Under the pieces are notes generated by a model. The model ran no database searches, was not told the DNA's origin, and saw nothing but the letters and a program-made list of their open reading frames with translations. The translations under genes and the position numbers were made by a program. From NCBI GenBank assembly GCA_049719955.1, contig JBNARC010000008.1, forward strand, positions 26,131 through 90,130: a stretch of 64,000 nucleotides of DNA. Direction: 5' to 3'. The DNA comes from Moorellales bacterium. GTDB taxonomy: Bacteria; Bacillota; DSM-521; Neomoorellales; SLTJ01. Below are positions 1 to 11,572 of the stretch, piece after piece. The stretch's first letter is position 1; each line of letters starts with the position of its first letter.

Positions 1-1029
1 AAGCAGTTCCTGCGACTGGTGGGTAAGCAGAGCCTGTTACAGGCTACGGTGGCGCGCCTTGACGGTCTGGTGAGAGCCGAAGATACCTTTGTGGTCACCG
101 GAAGGCGTTACGCGGAGCAGGTGGGCCGGGAACTACCGCAGGTGCCCCGGCACAACATCCTGGTAGAGCCCCAGGGGCGGGATACTGCTCCCTGCATCGG
201 CCTGGCCACGGTGTTCCTGCGCCGGTTCCGGCCGGAGGAAGACCCGGTGATGCTGGTCCTCCCGGCCGACCACCTCATCGCCGACCTGGGCGCCTTCATC
301 CGCACCCTCAAGGTGGCCACCGAAGTGGCGCGTCGGGAGGAAGTGTTAGTATGTATCGGTATCGAACCCACCCGCCCCGAAACCGGCTACGGCTACATCG
401 AGTGCGGGCCGGAATGGCCGGGTAGTGCGGAGGTTCCGGTGTTTCGGGTAAAGCGGTTCCGGGAAAAGCCGGATCGCGCCACGGCGGAATTCTTCCTCCG
501 CCAGGGCGGGTTCTTTTGGAACAGCGGTATGTTCGCCTGGAGGCGGTCGGTGATCGAGCGGGCGATCGCCACCTACTTACCGGAATTGGCCGAAGGCCTT
601 GAGGAGTTGCGGGCTCGGCTGGAGGACGGAAGGCCGTGGGAGGATCTCTTCGGCCAACTTCCGCGGATTTCGGTGGATTACGGGGTAATGGAAAAAGCCG
701 ATAACGTGGCGGTGGTAAAGGGCTCTTTCGGTTGGGACGACGTGGGAACCTGGTCGGCGCTCAGCCGCGTCTTGACTCATGACGGTCAGGGTAACGTGGT
801 GGCGGGCGCGTACGGTTCCCGTCCGGAAGGCGGCGCCAAACCTATACTATTGCACTCCCGGGGTTGTGTAGTCTATAATGGGCACCGGTTGCTGGCGGCA
901 GTAGGAGTGGAGGACTTAATCATTGTGGATACGGAAGACGCTTTGCTCATTTGTAAGAAGCAGGAGGAACAGCGCCTGAAGGAACTTCTGGGCCAGCTCC
1001 GGCAGGAGGGCTTGGAAAGTTATCTCTAG
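1..1029 (+). CDS. mannose-1-phosphate guanylyltransferase (GDP-mannose pyrophosphorylase), 5' end cut by window edge
   Basis: Frame 1 is open from base 1 (KQFLRLVGKQSLLQ...), so the ORF-track GTG at 19 is internal. Nucleotidyltransferase motifs PQGRDTAPCIG, LVLPADH, GYGYIE, FREKPD, FFWNSGMF. Confidence 0.85.
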   Translation, partial: KQFLRLVGKQSLLQATVARLDGLVRAEDTFVVTGRRYAEQVGRELPQVPRHNILVEPQGRDTAPCIGLATVFLRRFRPEEDPVMLVLPADHLIADLGAFIRTLKVATEVARREEVLVCIGIEPTRPETGYGYIECGPEWPGSAEVPVFRVKRFREKPDRATAEFFLRQGGFFWNSGMFAWRRSVIERAIATYLPELAEGLEELRARLEDGRPWEDLFGQLPRISVDYGVMEKADNVAVVKGSFGWDDVGTWSALSRVLTHDGQGNVVAGAYGSRPEGGAKPILLHSRGCVVYNGHRLLAAVGVEDLIIVDTEDALLICKKQEEQRLKELLGQLRQEGLESYL

Positions 1030-1314
1030 GAGCCGGAGCCGATCGACGGGTTTGCTCGGACAGCCCCGGGGTCCAGGGATCGGAGAAGTCCGGTCCTGGA
1101 AGCCCGGGGGTACCCGTTTGACCCGCTCGCCTTGAGGGCGGCGTTTCCAGCAGCGCGCTTATTTCGCACTGTTCCGGGCCCGGACAACTGATTCTTAGGC
1201 AATCGCAAACCGTATCGGGCATGTAATCGGCCTCCTTGTGTTTCTAGAATGAGCCCGAGACACAAGGAGTATACGTCGGCCGGGAGGCCAACCTTGGGGG
1301 AGGGCGATCGCAAC

Positions 1315-1965
1315 GTGAATCTCAAACGCTGGCTGGCGGTGGGCTTAAGCCTGGGCGTGGTGCTGGGCGGGTGGTGGTGGTATGGCGGCAAGGGAATGGC
1401 TCAAACCCCGGCTCCGGGGAGCGAGGCCGATCCCCTCATCAGCAGAAGTTATCTGGAAAACTACGTATCTCAACGTTGCGGGGCGCTGGAAACCCAGGTG
1501 GCCCAGCTTTCCAGTCGGGTAGCCTCTTTGGAGCAGCAGGTAAAGGAGCTCCGCCAGAGGTTAGAAGCCTCTACTCCCCCTTCCGCCGGCGGTCATACCC
1601 TGGTCCTGCGGGTGGGTAGCACTACCGCCCAACTGGACGGCCAGAGCCGAAGCCTGGAACAGGCCCCGTATTTGCTGGGAGGCAGGGTAATGGTACCCTT
1701 CCGGTTCATTGGTGAGGCCCTGGGAGCCGGCGTGAGCTGGGAGGCCCAGACCAAGAGGATCGCCTACCGTCTCGGTTCCACCGTGGTGGGGCTAGAGGTG
1801 GGCCAAAGTTGGGTGGAGGTGAACGGCAGCCGGCGGGAGCTGGAGGTGGCGCCCCGGCTGGTGGGAGGTACCACTATGGTTCCCTTGCGGGTGATAGCCG
1901 AGTATCTGGGGGCCCGGGTGCAGTGGAACCCGCAACGTAAGGAGGTTACTATTTCCTGGTCTTAA
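1315..1965 (+). CDS. membrane-anchored protein with two copper amine oxidase N-terminal-like repeats
   Basis: ORF 1249..1965. GTG 1315 preferred: GGGGGAGGG lies about 10 nt upstream and the KRWLAVGLSLGVVLGGWWW anchor follows. Coiled-coil segment; repeats GRVMVPFRFIGEALGAGVSW and GTTMVPLRVIAEYLGARVQW. Confidence 0.7.
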   Translation: MNLKRWLAVGLSLGVVLGGWWWYGGKGMAQTPAPGSEADPLISRSYLENYVSQRCGALETQVAQLSSRVASLEQQVKELRQRLEASTPPSAGGHTLVLRVGSTTAQLDGQSRSLEQAPYLLGGRVMVPFRFIGEALGAGVSWEAQTKRIAYRLGSTVVGLEVGQSWVEVNGSRRELEVAPRLVGGTTMVPLRVIAEYLGARVQWNPQRKEVTISWS

Positions 1966-2002
1966 CCCGTGGGGGGTAGCCCGGGAGCAAGGGGGGCTGG
2001 CT

Positions 2003-2938
2003 ATGGAACCGGAATTGCAAACCCGCTCCGCCGTTAAAGCCCGGCGGCGACTGCGGGTGTGGCCGTTAATAGTACTGCTGGCGCTGGCGTTTTTTGCCTC
2101 CGGCGGCCTGGGCTACTACCTGGCCAGTGTTTCTTCACTTTCACCCCTGGTAGTGCCCATTCCGGGGGTAACCAACCGTCCGCAGCCCATGAACCTGTTG
2201 GTGTTGGGGGTGGACCGGCGAGAAACCGAAAGGGGTAGGGCGGATACCTTAATGTTGGTGTTTTTGGATCCGGCTGCCGGTCGGGTGGGAGTCCTTTCCC
2301 TGCCGCGGGATACTTACGTGGTGGTACCCGGGCACGGTCGAACCAAGCTGGCCCACGCCCACGCCTACGGCGGACCGGAATTGGCTGTGGAAACCGTGGA
2401 GGGCCTGTTGGGAGTGCCGGTAGATCATTACCTGGAGGTAGACTTCGCCAGCTTCGTTAGGCTGGTAGACCTTTTGGGCGGAGTAGAAATTGAGGTTCCC
2501 CAGCGCATGTACTACCCACCGGAGGGGATTGACCTCAAGCCCGGTCGACAGCGGCTTAACGGGGAGGACGCCCTGGCTCTGGTACGCTTCCGCAACTATC
2601 CCGAGGGCGACATCGGTCGCATTCGTCAGCAGCAGCGTTTCCTTCTGGCCCTTATGGATCAGATGGTAAGCCTGCGCGGGGTCCTAAAGTCGCCCCAGTT
2701 ACTCCAGGAGCTGTACGGACTGGTAAAGACCGACCTTTCCTGGACGGAGTTGCTCTCCCTGGCCAAAGTATTCTCCGATCTGGAGGGTAGCCACCTCTCG
2801 CTTGCCCTTCTACCCGGCACCCCCGATTACATTAACGGGGTGAGCTATTGGATCCCGGATACCGAGCGGCTTCGCTCCACCCTGGCGGAATTGCAAAACC
2901 CGCCTACTGCCAACCAGGCCCAGGCCAAGGAACCGTGA
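2003..2938 (+). CDS. LytR-CpsA-Psr (LCP) family cell-wall polymer transferase
   Basis: ORF track. N-terminal TM anchor, then LLVLGVDRRETERGRADTLMLVFLD and LSLPRDTYV, which are typical LCP core motifs. Confidence 0.85.
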   Translation: MEPELQTRSAVKARRRLRVWPLIVLLALAFFASGGLGYYLASVSSLSPLVVPIPGVTNRPQPMNLLVLGVDRRETERGRADTLMLVFLDPAAGRVGVLSLPRDTYVVVPGHGRTKLAHAHAYGGPELAVETVEGLLGVPVDHYLEVDFASFVRLVDLLGGVEIEVPQRMYYPPEGIDLKPGRQRLNGEDALALVRFRNYPEGDIGRIRQQQRFLLALMDQMVSLRGVLKSPQLLQELYGLVKTDLSWTELLSLAKVFSDLEGSHLSLALLPGTPDYINGVSYWIPDTERLRSTLAELQNPPTANQAQAKEP

Positions 2939-3026
2939 GGACGTAGTAGTGAAGCCGGCGCACCTCCAGGCCTTAGGCGGTACCGCTTGCCAGCCCAGAA
3001 TTAGGGACAACTCAGGGGGGAAGGAG

Positions 3027-3791
3027 TTGGCTACGGCAGATATTCTGGGGGTCCGGGTGGACGTCTGCAGCCTGGAAGAGGCGGTGGACCGGGTGGCCCG
3101 GCTAATACGCCAGGGCGGGCACCACCAGGTGGTAACCGCCAACGCGGAAATGGTGTGGCGGGCCTGGCGCGAGGAAACCTTCGCCCGAGTGCTGGCGGAG
3201 GCGGCCCTGGTCACCGCCGACGGCGTAGGGGTGCTCTGGGCGGCCCGGCGTTTGGGGCAACCGTCGCTGGCCCAGGTGGCGGGCATAGACCTGGTGTGGG
3301 CCCTGGCCCGCCGCGGGGCCCGAGAAGGGTGGCGGTTTTTTCTCTTCGGGGCCCGGCCGGGGGTGGCAGAGGCCGCAGCCGAGGAACTGCGCCGACATCA
3401 CCCCGGGGTTCAGATAGCCGGCGTGGCCCACGGCTACCAGACCCCCGAGGGTGAGGAGGCGGTAAAAGCCGCCATCCGCTCGACCCGGCCCCAGGTGCTT
3501 CTGGTGGGTATGGGCTCCCCCAAGCAAGAGTATTGGATTGCCAGGAATCTTCCCGAGCTGGGGGTGCCGGTGGCCGTAGGAATAGGGGGCAGTCTGGACG
3601 TATTGGCCGGGAAGTCCCGGCGGGCGCCGGAGTGGGTAAGAAGGCGGGGCCTGGAGTGGCTCTATCGCCTGGTTCGCGAACCTCGGCGTTGGCGACGTCA
3701 AAGCGTGCTTCCCGCCTTTGCCTGGCGGGTTTTTTGGGCCGGCCTCCGGCCGGGCGGCAGGAAAAACCGTATAGGGCATAGAACTCGCTAG
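3027..3791 (+). CDS. WecB/TagA/CpsF family glycosyltransferase
   Basis: ORF 2949..3791. TTG 3027 preferred because the conserved N-terminus ILGVRVD starts just after it and a G-rich RBS lies upstream. Motif GMGSPKQEYWI. Confidence 0.8.
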   Translation: MATADILGVRVDVCSLEEAVDRVARLIRQGGHHQVVTANAEMVWRAWREETFARVLAEAALVTADGVGVLWAARRLGQPSLAQVAGIDLVWALARRGAREGWRFFLFGARPGVAEAAAEELRRHHPGVQIAGVAHGYQTPEGEEAVKAAIRSTRPQVLLVGMGSPKQEYWIARNLPELGVPVAVGIGGSLDVLAGKSRRAPEWVRRRGLEWLYRLVREPRRWRRQSVLPAFAWRVFWAGLRPGGRKNRIGHRTR

Positions 3792-3859
3792 TAGGCAATA
3801 GTGGCCTCCGGGACTGCGCTACTACCTCGGTCAGGTCGGGCCCGGAAAGGGAGAGATAA

Positions 3860-4294
3860 GTGTACCGTCCGATTCTGGTAAGGGTTCGCGGGACGCAGGT
3901 AAAGGGACCGGGAGAGGAGGACAGCATAGAGCTGGTTACCGAGGGTCGGCTGTACCGGCGGGAATGCTCCTACTACATCCTTTACCAAGAGAGTTGCCTT
4001 ACCGGGCTGGAGGGCACTCTTACTTCTCTAAAAATTGAGCCCACTCGGGTAGTGCTCAACCGTATCGGGGGAACCAGTCAACGTCAAAGCTTTGAGGAGG
4101 GGGTCTGGCATCAGAGCTACTATGTGACCCCTTACGGAGTGTTGCGGGTGGGGGTGATGCCGTCGCGGGTAGACGTTGACTTGACAGAGAGCGGGGGAAG
4201 CATTAACCTAGAGTATGAATTGCAGATCGAACAGGAGAAGGTAAGCGACAATCGGCTGCTGATTACCGTTCAACGTTTGGAGACCGGTGCATGA
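3860..4294 (+). CDS. DUF1934-like small beta-barrel protein
   Basis: 144-aa ORF with RBS AAGGGAGAG. Its stop overlaps the argS start (ATGA), the usual Firmicute DUF1934-argS arrangement. Confidence 0.65.
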   Translation: MYRPILVRVRGTQVKGPGEEDSIELVTEGRLYRRECSYYILYQESCLTGLEGTLTSLKIEPTRVVLNRIGGTSQRQSFEEGVWHQSYYVTPYGVLRVGVMPSRVDVDLTESGGSINLEYELQIEQEKVSDNRLLITVQRLETGA

Positions 4295-5973
4295 ACCTGC
4301 TGAGCCAGATCGCAGCCAAAATCAAGTCGGCGCTGGCGGAAGCGGCGCTGGAGGCGCGAAAGCGGGGGGAGGTAAAGTTTGACCGCCTCCCGGAATTCAC
4401 GGTGGAGGTGCCCAGAGAAAGAGATCACGGGGACCTGGCTACCAACCTGGCTTTGGTGCTGGCCCGCGGGGCCGGCCGGCCGCCCCGAGAAGTGGCGGAC
4501 AGCGTCCTCTGCCACCTAAACCTTACCGGTACCTGGGTGCACCGGACGGAGGTTGCCGGGCCGGGCTTTATTAATTTTTGGCTGGACCCGAGCTGGCTCT
4601 ACCAGGTACCGGGATTGGTAGAAGCCCAAGGGGACCGCTGGGGTAACAGCCACCTGGGGGCGGGTGTGAAGGTTCAGGTGGAATTCGTCAGCGCTAACCC
4701 CACCGGGCTGTTGCATATGGGTAATGCCCGGGGGGCGGCCCTGGGAGATACTCTGGCCAACCTCCTGGCCGCGGCCGGATACGAGGTAACCCGAGAGTAT
4801 TATATCAACGATGCCGGCCATCAGATCGAGACTTTTGCCCTGTCTCTGGAAGCCCGGTACTTGCAGTTGTTCGGGCGGGAAGCGCCGCTGCCGGAGGAAG
4901 GCTACCACGGCGAGGATTTGGTGGACACGGTGCGGGACTTTGCCGCCCGTTACGGCGATCGCTATCTTACGAGCCCCCCCGAGGAGCGGCGCCAGGCGCT
5001 GGTGGATTTTGCCCTCCAGGAGAAGCTAGCCGGCATCCGCCGGTCGCTGGAACGCTTCGGAGTGCGATACGACGTTTGGTTTAGCGAGCAAAGCCTGCAC
5101 TCGCGGGGGCTGGTAGGGGATACCCTGGCCGAACTCGAACGGCGGGGTTATCTTTACCGCCAGGACGGAGCGGTATGGTTTAGGGCTTCGGCCTTGGCCA
5201 AGGCCAAGGACGAGGTGGTGGTGCGTTCCTCAGGAGTACCGACTTACTTTGCCGCCGATATCGCCTACCACGTCGATAAGTTCGCCCGCGGCTTTGACCG
5301 GGTGATCAACATCTGGGGGGCCGACCATCACGGGCATGTAGGGCGGCTTAAGGCGGCTCTGGCCGCCCTGGGTTACGATCCGGAGCGGTTGACGGTCATC
5401 CTGATGCAGCTGGTGCGCCTGTTCCAAGGCGGCGAACTGTTGCGCATGTCCAAGCGTACGGGGCAATACGTTACTCTAGACGAGCTGCTGGACGAAGTAG
5501 GCAAGGACGCGGCCCGCTATTTTTTCCTGCTCCGCAGTGCCGACAGCCACCTGGATTTTGATCTGGACCTGGCCAAGAGCCAGTCCGAGGAAAATCCGGT
5601 CTACTACGTGCAGTACGCTCACGCCCGTATTGCCAGCATATTAAGGCACGCCCGGGCGGAAGGTTATGAGGTTCCACCGGCAGGCGCGGCCAATCTGCGG
5701 CTATTGACCCATCCGGCGGAAGTGGAGCTCTTGCGCAAAATCGCCGAGTGGCCCGGCGTGGTGGAAACCGCCGCCCGCAATCTGGAGCCGCACCGGCTGC
5801 CCTACTACGCGCACGAGCTGGCTTCGATATTTCACCGGTTCTACACCCAGTGCCGGGTGCTGCACCCGGATCCCGAGCTGCGGGGCGCCCGGCTGGTGCT
5901 GGTCAAGATTACCCGGATAACCCTGGCCCGGGTTCTTAACCTAATGGGGGTTACCGCTCCGGAAAGCATGTGA
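4291..5973 (+). CDS. argS: arginine--tRNA ligase
   Basis: 560 aa. Class I signature GLLHMGNARG, KMSKS-like MSKRTG, and a DALR anticodon-binding C-terminus ending ...GVTAPESM. Confidence 0.95.
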   Translation: MNLLSQIAAKIKSALAEAALEARKRGEVKFDRLPEFTVEVPRERDHGDLATNLALVLARGAGRPPREVADSVLCHLNLTGTWVHRTEVAGPGFINFWLDPSWLYQVPGLVEAQGDRWGNSHLGAGVKVQVEFVSANPTGLLHMGNARGAALGDTLANLLAAAGYEVTREYYINDAGHQIETFALSLEARYLQLFGREAPLPEEGYHGEDLVDTVRDFAARYGDRYLTSPPEERRQALVDFALQEKLAGIRRSLERFGVRYDVWFSEQSLHSRGLVGDTLAELERRGYLYRQDGAVWFRASALAKAKDEVVVRSSGVPTYFAADIAYHVDKFARGFDRVINIWGADHHGHVGRLKAALAALGYDPERLTVILMQLVRLFQGGELLRMSKRTGQYVTLDELLDEVGKDAARYFFLLRSADSHLDFDLDLAKSQSEENPVYYVQYAHARIASILRHARAEGYEVPPAGAANLRLLTHPAEVELLRKIAEWPGVVETAARNLEPHRLPYYAHELASIFHRFYTQCRVLHPDPELRGARLVLVKITRITLARVLNLMGVTAPESM

Positions 5974-5987
5974 GGAGGTGTTGGGCG

Positions 5988-6635
5988 GTGGAAATCCGCT
6001 GGCTCGGTCACGCCTGCTTTCAGATAAAGAGCGCTCAAGGCGTAACCATTCTTACCGATCCTTTTGCCCGGGAGGTGGGCTATCCCCGGATCGAATCTCG
6101 GGCGGACGTAGTAACGGTGAGTCACCAGCATTTCGACCACAACGCCGTAGCCCTGGTGCCGGGCAAACCCAAGGTGGTAGAGGAGCCGGGCCTGCATCAG
6201 GTAGAGGGCATAACTTTTAAGGGGATTAGTACCTTCCACGATCCGGTGGGAGGTAAGCAGCGGGGAAAGAATCTGGTTTTTGTCTTCCAGGTGGACGGAA
6301 TTACTCTTTGTCACTTGGGAGACCTGGGACACGTGCTCAGCGCCGAGCAGATAGCGGAAATAGGGCCGGTCGACGTGCTTATGGTACCGGTGGGAGGGTA
6401 CTATACCATCGATGCGGCCGCCGCCAAGGAAGTGGTAGAGGCGGTGAAACCGCGGGTGGTGTTGCCCATGCATTATAAAACTCCGGTGATGCCCGAGGCC
6501 AGTTTTCCCATCGCGCCCGTAACCGATTTTACCCGCTATTTCGAGCACGTGATCGAAAAGGAAGTCCTGGAGTTGGATAAGGACCATCTCCCATCGGGGC
6601 CAGAGGTAGTGGTGCTGAACTATCCCCGGAAATAG
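5988..6635 (+). CDS. MBL-fold metal-dependent hydrolase (UPF0173-like)
   Basis: ORF 5970..6635. GTG 5988 preferred (GGAGG 10 nt upstream; N-terminus VEIRWLGHACF). Metal-binding motif SHQHFDHN. Confidence 0.8.
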   Translation: MEIRWLGHACFQIKSAQGVTILTDPFAREVGYPRIESRADVVTVSHQHFDHNAVALVPGKPKVVEEPGLHQVEGITFKGISTFHDPVGGKQRGKNLVFVFQVDGITLCHLGDLGHVLSAEQIAEIGPVDVLMVPVGGYYTIDAAAAKEVVEAVKPRVVLPMHYKTPVMPEASFPIAPVTDFTRYFEHVIEKEVLELDKDHLPSGPEVVVLNYPRK

Positions 6636-8324
<1,689 letters not shown>

Positions 8325-8358
8325 GGTAGTAGAGTGACCAGGCAGGGGAGGGGAATTT

Positions 8359-9450
8359 TTGACCTGGCAGGCCAGAACTATCGGCCCGGAAGAGGAGGCC
8401 CGCTATGACGCCTTTGTGGCCGCGGCGCCCAAGGGGCATATTTTGCAGACCTACGCCTGGGGCCAGGTAAAGGCCCGAACCGGGTGGAAGCCCGTATATT
8501 TGGTGCTGGAAGAAGACGGTGAGATCCGGGCCGCCACCCTGTTACTGTACCGCCCCCTGCCGATTGCGGGGCGCGGAATTTTCTACTCGCCCCGGGGACC
8601 GGTGCTGGACCCGAGCAACCGCCGGCTTTTCGATTTTCTTATCGACCAAGTGCGGCAGTTAGGTCGGCGATACGGCGCCCTGCTCTGGAAGATTGATCCC
8701 GATATACCGGCGCCCGCCCCGGAGTTGGTAGCCTACCTTCGGCAGCGGGGTTTTGTTTCCGCGGTGGGGGGCGGGGGGTTCGAGGGCACACAGCCCCGCT
8801 GCGTATTTCGTCTGGATATCACCCCGTCCCGGGAGGAGTTGCTGGCTTCCTTTCACCCCAAGACCCGCTATAACCTGCGGTTGGCCCAGCGCCGGGGCGT
8901 GACCGTCAAGACGGACTGCGACCGGAGCGACTTGGCGGTGTTCTATCGGCTTCTCACCGAGACGGCCCGCAGGGACGGTTTTCTCATTCGCGGCCCTTCG
9001 TATTTTGAAGCGCTATGGGAGGAATTGGTGCCGCGCGATTATGCCCGGCTTTTCCTGGCCTACTACCAGGGCGAAGCCATAGCCGGGACCCTGGCCTTCA
9101 CCTTGGGCACTAAAGCCTGGTACATTTACGGGGCCTCGGCCAGCCGGCACCGCGAGGTCATGCCCAACTACCTGTTGCAGTGGACCATGATCTGCTGGGC
9201 CAAGGAGCGCGGCTGTACTCTATATGATTTTCGGGGCGTCCCCCCTACCCCTGACCCCGCCCACCCCCTTCATGGCCTTTACCGGTTCAAGAAAGGCTTT
9301 TCCGGCCGGTTCACCGAGTTCATCGGCGAATACGATCTGGTGCTCTCCCCCTGGTGGTACCGTCTGTGGCGCGCGGCCCAGCCGGCCTACCGAGGGTGGT
9401 TGCGGCGGCGCGGTCGGCGCGGAGCCGGGGAAGGGGAGGCCTCCGTTTAA
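8359..9450 (+). CDS. FemAB-family peptidoglycan interpeptide-bridge aminoacyltransferase
   Basis: 363 aa. N-terminal FemAB-like region (FVAAAPKGHILQTYAWGQVK) and overall length and layout typical of lipid II:aminoacyl transferases. Confidence 0.75.
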   Translation: MTWQARTIGPEEEARYDAFVAAAPKGHILQTYAWGQVKARTGWKPVYLVLEEDGEIRAATLLLYRPLPIAGRGIFYSPRGPVLDPSNRRLFDFLIDQVRQLGRRYGALLWKIDPDIPAPAPELVAYLRQRGFVSAVGGGGFEGTQPRCVFRLDITPSREELLASFHPKTRYNLRLAQRRGVTVKTDCDRSDLAVFYRLLTETARRDGFLIRGPSYFEALWEELVPRDYARLFLAYYQGEAIAGTLAFTLGTKAWYIYGASASRHREVMPNYLLQWTMICWAKERGCTLYDFRGVPPTPDPAHPLHGLYRFKKGFSGRFTEFIGEYDLVLSPWWYRLWRAAQPAYRGWLRRRGRRGAGEGEASV

Positions 9451-9480
9451 GGGGAGAGAACCACCACGCTTGAGGAGCAG

Positions 9481-10662
9481 TTGGGGCCTCGTTGGATTGA
9501 GATCGACACCGATGCCTTGCGCCATAATCTTCGTCAGGTAAAGGGGTTCTTGGCGCCTCCCTGCCGGCTGCTGGCGGTAGTTAAGGCCGACGCCTACGGG
9601 CTGGGCGCGGTGGAAGCGGCTCGAATAGCGTTAGAGGAGGGCGCGACCATGCTGGGGGTAAGCCTTCTGTCCGAGGCGCTGGAACTCAGGCGCCACGGCA
9701 TTTCCGCCCCCATTCTGGTATTCGCCCCTCCTCTGGCCTCGGAAACCCGACTGATGGTGGCGAACGGACTGGCGGCCACCGTGACCCACCCGGATACCGC
9801 CCGGGCGCTGGCTGGGGCCGCCCGAGAAGTGGGCCTGAAGGCCAAGGTGCACCTCAAGGTGGATACCGGGCTGGGACGCCTGGGGGTGCCGCCGGCGGGC
9901 GTACCGGCATTGCTCCAGGAACTGGGCGCTCGGCCGGAGTTGGAACTGGAAGGAGTATATTCCCACCTCAGCCCCCATTCTCGCCTGGCGGCGGAGCAAG
10001 CCGCGGTCTTTGTTCGCGTGCGGGGGGAGGTCGAGAAGGCGGGTTGGCAGGTACCCCTATACCACCTTTGTAGCAGTTTCGGGCTCCTGCGTTACCCTCA
10101 ATTTCAGGCGGACATGGTACGCATAGGTACTCTGCTTTACGGACAGTGGCCGGCGGGAGTTCCCCGGCCCTTCGCGCTTCAGGACCCGTGGCGGGTTAAG
10201 GCCCGCCTCCTTCAGGTGCGGGAGTTGCCGGCGGGTAGTCGCATCGGCTATGGTTGGGGAACGAGGTTGTCTCGGCCTTGCCGGCTGGGGGTGGTGGCGG
10301 TAGGGCTGGCCGATGGTTGGGGAATGGAACCCTCCCGGTGGCCGGAAGGCTGGTGGGAGCTGGCGGTCCGGGTGGCCCGCCTGGCGATCGGCCTGGGACG
10401 GGGTTATAGGGGTCTGGTGGGGGTGGAAGTAAACGGGACGATGGTGCCGGTTCTGGGCCGGTTGAGTATGCAGTTGGCCGTGGTGGACCTCAGCGCTGCC
10501 GGCGCGGTCTTTCCGGGACAGGAGGTAGCGATAAGAGGCCTTAGGCGTACGGCGGCCTCGGCCCGACTGCCCAGGCTTTATTTGTCCGGCGGGCGGGCCT
10601 ATCGGTTGCGAACCAGCGAAGGCTGGGTAGAGCTAGAGGAGGAGGGCGAGGGGTATGCGTAG
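9481..10662 (+). CDS. alr: alanine racemase
   Basis: 393 aa. N-terminus WIEIDTDALRHNL and PLP-lysine motif AVVKADAYGLGA. Confidence 0.85.
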   Translation: MGPRWIEIDTDALRHNLRQVKGFLAPPCRLLAVVKADAYGLGAVEAARIALEEGATMLGVSLLSEALELRRHGISAPILVFAPPLASETRLMVANGLAATVTHPDTARALAGAAREVGLKAKVHLKVDTGLGRLGVPPAGVPALLQELGARPELELEGVYSHLSPHSRLAAEQAAVFVRVRGEVEKAGWQVPLYHLCSSFGLLRYPQFQADMVRIGTLLYGQWPAGVPRPFALQDPWRVKARLLQVRELPAGSRIGYGWGTRLSRPCRLGVVAVGLADGWGMEPSRWPEGWWELAVRVARLAIGLGRGYRGLVGVEVNGTMVPVLGRLSMQLAVVDLSAAGAVFPGQEVAIRGLRRTAASARLPRLYLSGGRAYRLRTSEGWVELEEEGEGYA

Positions 10663-11572
10663 GGGTTGGCTGGCGGGTCTGGCCATAGTAGGGGCCATGG
10701 TGGCGATTTGGTGGGTGGTCTACTGGTATGCCGGGGTTCATTCGTCCGGTGGGGCGAGGGGAGGGGCGGTAGGTCTGGTACGTATCGAGGGCCCTATTGT
10801 GGACGGCCGCGGTACGGGCGGTCTCTTCGGCGCGGTGGCCGGGAGTGAAAGCCTGGCCGAGCAGTTGCGCCGGGCCCGAGAGGATCCCTCGGTGCGGGCG
10901 GTAGTTTTGCGGATTAACAGTCCGGGCGGCAGCGCCGCCGCCTGTCAGGAGGTGGCCGGCGCGGTGCGCGCCTTGCGTCGGGAAGGGAAGATAGTGGTGG
11001 CCTTTCTGGGGGATGCTGCCACCTCCGGCGCCTACTGGGTGGCCTCGCAGGCCGACCGCATCGTAGCCACCCCGGCCACTCTGACCGGCAGCATTGGGGT
11101 GATTATGCAACTGCAGAACTTACGCGGCCTTTTCGAGAAGCTGGGGGTAGAGGTGGAAGTAATCAAGAGCGGCCCGCACAAAGATATGGGAGCCGGTTGG
11201 CGGCCGCTCAGCGCCGAGGAGAGAAAGCTACTTCAAGGTCTGGTAGAGGACATCTACCGGCAGTTCGTGGAGGCGGTGGCCGAAGGAAGGGGGTTGCCCC
11301 AGGCTAAGGTGCAAGAGTTGGCCGACGGCTCTCTGTTCACCGGCCGGCAGGCCCAGGAAAAGGGGTTGGTGGATGAGCTGGGCGACTACGAGCTGGCGGT
11401 GCGGCGGGCCAGGGAACTGGCCGGACTGGCCGCGGGAGCTCCGGTGCGTCCCCTAGAAAGACCCGGGCCCTGGGAGTGGTTGCGGTCCGGCTTGGGTGCG
11501 GAAAGAGTTGAGCTTCGGCCGGGTCTGTGGTTGCTAACACCGGCGCTTCTGCCCGTAGGAGGGGCCGACTAA
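10655..11572 (+). CDS. sppA: signal peptide peptidase SppA (36K type, S49)
   Basis: N-terminal TM segment. S49 motifs LRINSPGGSAAA and TGSIGV. Confidence 0.85.
   Translation: MRRGWLAGLAIVGAMVAIWWVVYWYAGVHSSGGARGGAVGLVRIEGPIVDGRGTGGLFGAVAGSESLAEQLRRAREDPSVRAVVLRINSPGGSAAACQEVAGAVRALRREGKIVVAFLGDAATSGAYWVASQADRIVATPATLTGSIGVIMQLQNLRGLFEKLGVEVEVIKSGPHKDMGAGWRPLSAEERKLLQGLVEDIYRQFVEAVAEGRGLPQAKVQELADGSLFTGRQAQEKGLVDELGDYELAVRRARELAGLAAGAPVRPLERPGPWEWLRSGLGAERVELRPGLWLLTPALLPVGGAD

Noticed and set aside
947-1222. 91-aa minus-strand ORF with AAGGAGG 8 nt upstream of its ATG
   Set aside because: The product is Pro/Gly/Ser/Arg-rich low complexity and runs 83 nt into the 3' end of the well-supported guanylyltransferase gene. 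Only the first ~25 residues (Cys-rich) look protein-like. Kept as unlikely.
2971-2985. 15-nt exact match (CCTTAGGCGGTACCG) to the left junction of repeat copy 1 (5 flank nt plus the first 10 TIR nt) in the LCP-tagA intergenic region
   Set aside because: Similarity stops after 15 nt and nothing else of the element is present. It could be a relic or a preferred target, but this is too short to call without genome-wide data.
3102-3927. Long antisense ORFs (225 and 238 aa) opposite the tagA-like gene. Similar cases lie at 18340..19242, 27597..28742, 35021..36193, 37943..38821, 48231..49082 and 62798..63607.
   Set aside because: All lie opposite strongly conserved genes, are Arg/Pro/Gly-rich, and lack an RBS. 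These are typical shadow ORFs of GC-rich DNA.
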